Assembly (NCBI GenBank): GCA_964658305.1
Contig: OZ210885.1
Location: 8,866,001 to 8,930,000 of the forward strand
Length of the DNA: 64,000 bases
Direction of reading: 5' to 3'
From: Leptogorgia sarmentosa
Lineage: Eukaryota
Positions 59,787 to 64,000 of the stretch are shown piece after piece; within the stretch, counting starts at the first letter, position 1, and the number at the start of each line of letters is the position of its first letter. Below the pieces are notes generated by a model. The model saw only the letters and a program-made list of their open reading frames with translations, did not search any database and was not told the DNA's origin. The translations under genes and the position numbers were made by a program.

Positions 59787-59934
59787 TTAAGAATAACTAG
59801 GAAATATTTGATTTGAATTGCTTGCCATAGACCTATTTTTGCTGCTGTCAAATAATTAACATACAATTATTAGAATCGCGTAAAATACTGATTTATTCTA
59901 CTATCAAAACGGTTAATCTCGGGAATTCCTGAGT

Positions 59935-59990
59935 AAGAAAAATCTGACCGATGCTCGAGCCACTTTCGTCACGATCTGGATCCGCGCCTG
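59935..59990. repeat. Solo end of the hAT5-like family seen at 10635
   Basis: CTGGATCCGCGCCTG plus a degenerate subterminal AAAATCTGACCG motif. Confidence 0.6.
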
Positions 59991-60039
59991 AGACGTCAAT
60001 GTTAAGTTGAATAACGCGAAACCCCTCGGTTGTTGCAAC

Positions 60040-60121
60040 GTAGTCGTGGTCGAGCGGTTAAGGCGACAGACTAGAAATCTGTTGGGAGTTTCCCCCGCAG
60101 ATTCAAATCCTGCCGACTACG
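60040..60121 (+). pseudogene. tRNA-Ser(AGA), degenerate
   Basis: G53 and D-stem substitutions. Confidence 0.7.
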
Positions 60122-60717
60122 CTATGCAAAGTCTTCAACATTTTCGTCTCGAATGCAAACACGATTTTTTTGGGGAAAAACTGGATGAGAGGAAGTTGTG
60201 TTCTCGGTGGTGGTGGCTGAGTGTTTAAAGTGACAGATTCAATGCCCGTTTTCCATCTACAAAAATAAAGGAAAGAAGTCCCGTTTTATTTTATTAAGGT
60301 TATGAAACATGCCAAGAATGAGTTTCTATTTGTGTTGCAATTGAAATTGAAATGCAAAAAAATCAAAATATTCTGGGTTAGAAGTTCTAGGAAATTGTTA
60401 CACTTTAGACATGATCAGCAAAATATTTTTTATGGAAAAGCAAAATCATGACAACAAAGACTTTTAAGTCTGTATTTAAAAATACAGAAAACACTGAAAG
60501 ATTTGGTATGAGGGATAGAGGTAGTATAATAGCAATGGTTTTGCTAATTTGCAATTGTTTTCTTTCTTTGTAAAACGTTACTGTTTAATCTTTGATTAAA
60601 TTACAGTACATACAATATCGAATATATGTTACAAGTAAGATGAACTCTGAGTTTCACTTTAAAAATTGTTCTCCATCCCCAAAACAAACAGGCCGAACTT
60701 CGATAACGCTACTTTTG

Positions 60718-60790
60718 AGCCCCATCAGAGATTTTAACTATGGACCCCTGGTTTACAAGACAAGTGCTCTAACAACTGAGCTAATGAGAC
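60718..60790 (-). pseudogene. tRNA-Thr(TGT), degenerate
   Basis: Multiple substitutions, including the A and B boxes. Confidence 0.68.
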
Positions 60791-61144
60791 TACTTCTTTC
60801 CGTATGAAAGTCAGAATATAAATCCATCATTACGAAGTTAATTAAACTTAATTTCCTCTATTATCACGTGTTTTTCATTAAATAAGTTCTGTTCAAAAAT
60901 TTTGTTTCAGGTCACACTTTTCATACAATCATGAGAGTTAACTTGTCTTAACAGCCGAACGCCCTAACCGATTGCGCCACACTAATCGGAAAACCTTCGG
61001 AAAAAAATATAAAAACAATGGATACTATTTTTGGCCAAAATCTGATTTTTTGCCAAGGCCACATTGAACGGGAATAATAAACAGAACTTCAACGGTGACG
61101 ATGTCCGTAATGGTAATTACAATACTTTTGCTGTATGAAACAGA

Positions 61145-61216
61145 TGCCGTGACCAGGATTCGAACCTGGGTTATTGCGGCCACAACGCAATGTACTAACC
61201 ACTATACGATCACGGC
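61145..61216 (-). tRNA. tRNA-His(GTG)
   Basis: Complete cloverleaf. Confidence 0.9.
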
Positions 61217-61326
61217 GACTTCGCGGCAAAATTGGAAATGTTTTGGAACGGCTGAGATATGACATTAATCCCATATTTTTCTTCGTCAGTACAAAGTACA
61301 TTAGAGAACAATTGGTTACTATCAAT

Positions 61327-61398
61327 GGCTTGCTGGTCTAGTGGTATGATTCTCGCTTCGGGTGCGAGAGGTCACGGGTTCGATTCCCGTGCAAGCCC
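61327..61398 (+). tRNA. tRNA-Pro(CGG)
   Basis: Complete; CTCGC TT CGG GT GCGAG. Confidence 0.88.
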
Positions 61399-61579
61399 TT
61401 CATTAACCAAGCAAGACCTTCTCTATTTTGAAAGCTTCCGTAAATCGTTTCGGTTAACAGCCGAATACGCCACTGAGACTGACACTATTGACAACTTTTG
61501 GAAAAAAATATTACAATAATGGATACCAGTTTTTGACAAGGCCACATTGAACGGGAATAAAGAACAGAATTACGACAGC

Positions 61580-61638
61580 AATCGAACCCGTGACCTGTCG
61601 CACCCAAAGCGAGAATCATACCACTAGACCAGCAAGCC
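61580..61638 (-). pseudogene. tRNA-Pro(TGG), 3' end lost
   Basis: Loop TT TGG GT. Confidence 0.68.
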
Positions 61639-61750
61639 ATTGATGGTGTCAAAATTTTCTCTAATGTACTTTGTTACTGAGGAAGAAAAATATGGGATTA
61701 ATGTAATATCTCAGCAGTTCCAAAATATTTTCCAATCTTCCTGCGTAGTC

Positions 61751-61820
61751 ACCGTGATCGTATAGTGGTTAGTAGTTGTGGCCGCTATAACCCAGGTTCG
61801 AATCCTGCATGGTCACGGCA
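61751..61820 (+). pseudogene. tRNA-His pseudogene
   Basis: Indels in the anticodon and T arms. Confidence 0.68.
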
Positions 61821-61963
61821 TCTGTTTCAAACACCAAACAGTATTGTAATCACTATTGGGTGCATTGTCACCGTTGAAGTTCTGTTTCTTATTCCCCCTT
61901 GAATAGTGGGCTTGGCAAAAATTAGATTTAGGTCAAAAAATAATATCCATTATTATTGCATTT

Positions 61964-62013
61964 TTTCTGACCATATCAGCTGATACATTCGATATGGTCT
62001 GGATCCGCCCCTT
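61964..62013. repeat. hAT-like terminus complementary to the one at 52305
   Basis: TCTGACCATATCAG..GATATGGTCTGGATCCGCCCCT. Confidence 0.55.
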
Positions 62014-62049
62014 GTTAATTACGACGTCTGAATAACATCACACCAAACA

Positions 62050-62123
62050 CGTCCCTGGTTGGACTCGAACCAACAACCTTTCGGTTAACAGCCAAACAAG
62101 CTAACCGACTGCGCCACAGAGAC
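62050..62123 (-). pseudogene. tRNA-Asn(GTT), D-stem substitutions
   Basis: Asn body with mismatches. Confidence 0.68.
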
Positions 62124-62160
62124 TGACACTATGAAAAACCTTCTGAAAGAAAAATAAACT

Positions 62161-62960
62161 AAAAATAAATATATGTTATTTACCAGCTGGGAGGTCCGTA
62201 CTGGAAAATATTTTGTCGAGGTCTCAAAAACGGCCCGAGGCCGAAGGCCGAGGGACGTTTTTGAGACCGAGACAAAATATTTTCCAGTACGGACCGACCT
62301 AAATGGTAAATAACTTATTTATTTTTTCCCCTTGATGTTATGATAAAATTCGTCAAAGATTCCAGTGTTGCGAACTAGATTTTGAGATCAGTTTGTTTGT
62401 TTACTTTGCTACTCTATCGCAAGTATGGCTGCTAAACAGCCAAGACGAAGTGAGAAAAAAGCCTTCAAAATTGACGCATTTGCTTCAATATTAACGCTTT
62501 CCCACTCAAGATTACTACGAAAAAGGTAAACTTATTAAAATTATTTATTTTCCCGTTCGTTTCACGATACAAACATGGTTAAAATACGCTTTAGACAGCG
62601 AAATATTTCGCCGAGAATGTTTTGTTTTGTTCATACTGATGAGACTTTGTTGATACTTATGAGTTTTTGTCGCTGTAAATACCCACTAAAATGTCCTTTA
62701 GCATAATAAAATGAACTTTCATGTGTTCTTTATCACCTAAATTCGTTTTGAATATTTTAATAAGCGGCCATTCAATTTTAAAAAACAAAAACATTGTCTA
62801 TATTTGTAATTAAATCTACGAGAATGCATGCGAGCGGTCCGTAAAGTAGGTTACGGACCGCTCGGCAACCAATCAGAAAGCTGTATTTAGGTTACGGACC
62901 GGGAGTTACGGACCGGAAAAAAATAAATAAATGTTATTTACCGGCTTGGACGTCCGTACG
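62161..62960. mobile_element. Hairpin-ended element (Crypton-like) with a direct terminal repeat
   Basis: 140-bp palindrome at 62175-62314; repeated TACGGACC motifs; the start ATGTTATTTACC..GTCCGTAC recurs at 62931. Family assignment is inference. Confidence 0.55.
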
Positions 62961-63374
62961 AAAAAAATTTACCCCGAACGGAATAAAGTAACATTAATAT
63001 TTTCTCATTTTACTGTTTTTGCTTGCTGACACGATTAATAAAGATGTAATTCCAGCACAGTAAAGCTATTCGCGATAGGCTGGAAAACCTTCGAATCCAT
63101 GAATAATGACAAAAAAACTAATTGATCATGAAAAAGTTTTTCCATTGGTTTTTATTAAGTTCTTGATTTTCACTCCTTTATAATTTTATTGGTTAAAAGA
63201 GTTTTTAACAGAGTGTATCCCTTTGGTAATTGAAATAACAAGTTCGCTTTTGCAATCATTTTGTTCATGGATCAATTTCTGTCAATTAACTCCGAATTGC
63301 AAAATAGGATGTTGGAAGAGAAAGGTAATAAAATTGGCGACCTTAAAATAACCTTTAAATCTCCTGTCCAATAT

Positions 63375-63446
63375 AGGTTCTGCCGAGACTTGAACTCGGA
63401 TCGCTGGATTCAAAGTCCAAAGTGCTAACCATTACACCACAGAACC
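63375..63446 (-). tRNA. tRNA-Gln(TTG)
   Basis: GGTTCTG/CAGAACC acceptor stem; loop CT TTG AA. Confidence 0.82.
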
Positions 63447-63573
63447 TTAACACAATCTTGACAAAGTTTCCCAATTCTTTAACGTTTTTCCTTTCTTTCA
63501 CAGCAAAAGGAACACTCTTCAATGGCGGACGTGGATATTTACTGAACACGAATCATGTATCCAACACGTCACA

Positions 63574-63655
63574 GGTAGCGTGGCCGAGCAGTCTAAGGCG
63601 CTGGTTTAAGGCGCCAGTCATTTCGATGACGTGGGTTCGAATCCCACCGCTGCCA
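63574..63655 (+). tRNA. tRNA-Leu(AAG)
   Basis: 82 nt; loop TT AAG GC; one D-loop G altered. Confidence 0.75.
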
Positions 63656-64000
63656 AATTTTCGTTGTTCATGGCTGTATTCGTTTATTGAGCTGATATAA
63701 GTTTCACAAGCTGAAGCCTTTCAACCAAATATGGAAAAACTCGTAATTATATCCATGATTGAACAAGAGTAAAATTGATATTTTATGATATCATCCTCCT
63801 TTGCCCAAAAGTATTTCATTCCCACAAACCATTTCATGATGGATAGACTTTTTGCATTGGTTTCCAAATTCTTGATAACTTTTCAATCGTTTCTAATTTC
63901 CTTCGTAAAGATCTTCTATAACACAGTATCGCTTTTGTAACTAAAATAAGAAATTCAAGTTTGAAAACGTGATGCTTCTTATCCAAATTTTGTGAAAACT

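Noticed and set aside
43469..63700. Many 60-130 aa ORFs across the tRNA cluster, and antisense ORFs within the BEL and P elements
   Set aside because: They overlap tRNA genes or real ORFs on other frames and show no protein motifs.

Overview
AT-rich eukaryotic (metazoan) genomic DNA with GT-AG introns. The TE repertoire and tRNA arrays suggest a cnidarian, but that is inference. 1-21.8 kb: an apparently intact four-exon Mutator/MULE transposase facing a C2H2 zinc-finger ORF, three in-phase exons of a WD40 gene, a complete but decayed 7.05-kb P element (30-bp TIRs, 7-bp TSD) carrying two nested non-autonomous elements and a second convergent gene, and two Helentron-type non-autonomous elements. 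21.8-64 kb: a large rearranged tRNA cluster of roughly 50 genes, pseudogenes and fragments (Thr, Val, Leu, Ser, Cys, Asn, Pro, His, Glu, Gly, Trp, Gln) built from direct and inverted segmental duplications. It is interrupted by a Polinton-like end with a double-RING gene, two young BEL/Pao LTR retrotransposons, an intronless class A GPCR, a Tc1/IS630-like transposase remnant and many MITEs. Most notable: (i) a tRNA-Thr(AGT) lineage in which a 12-nt tandem duplication creates an insert with canonical 37/38 intron geometry; (ii) a P element whose transposase C-terminal domain appears to be encoded as a separate antisense zinc-finger gene; (iii) anticodon switching between positionally equivalent tRNA paralogs. 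All coordinates and alignments were read by eye; no searches were run.
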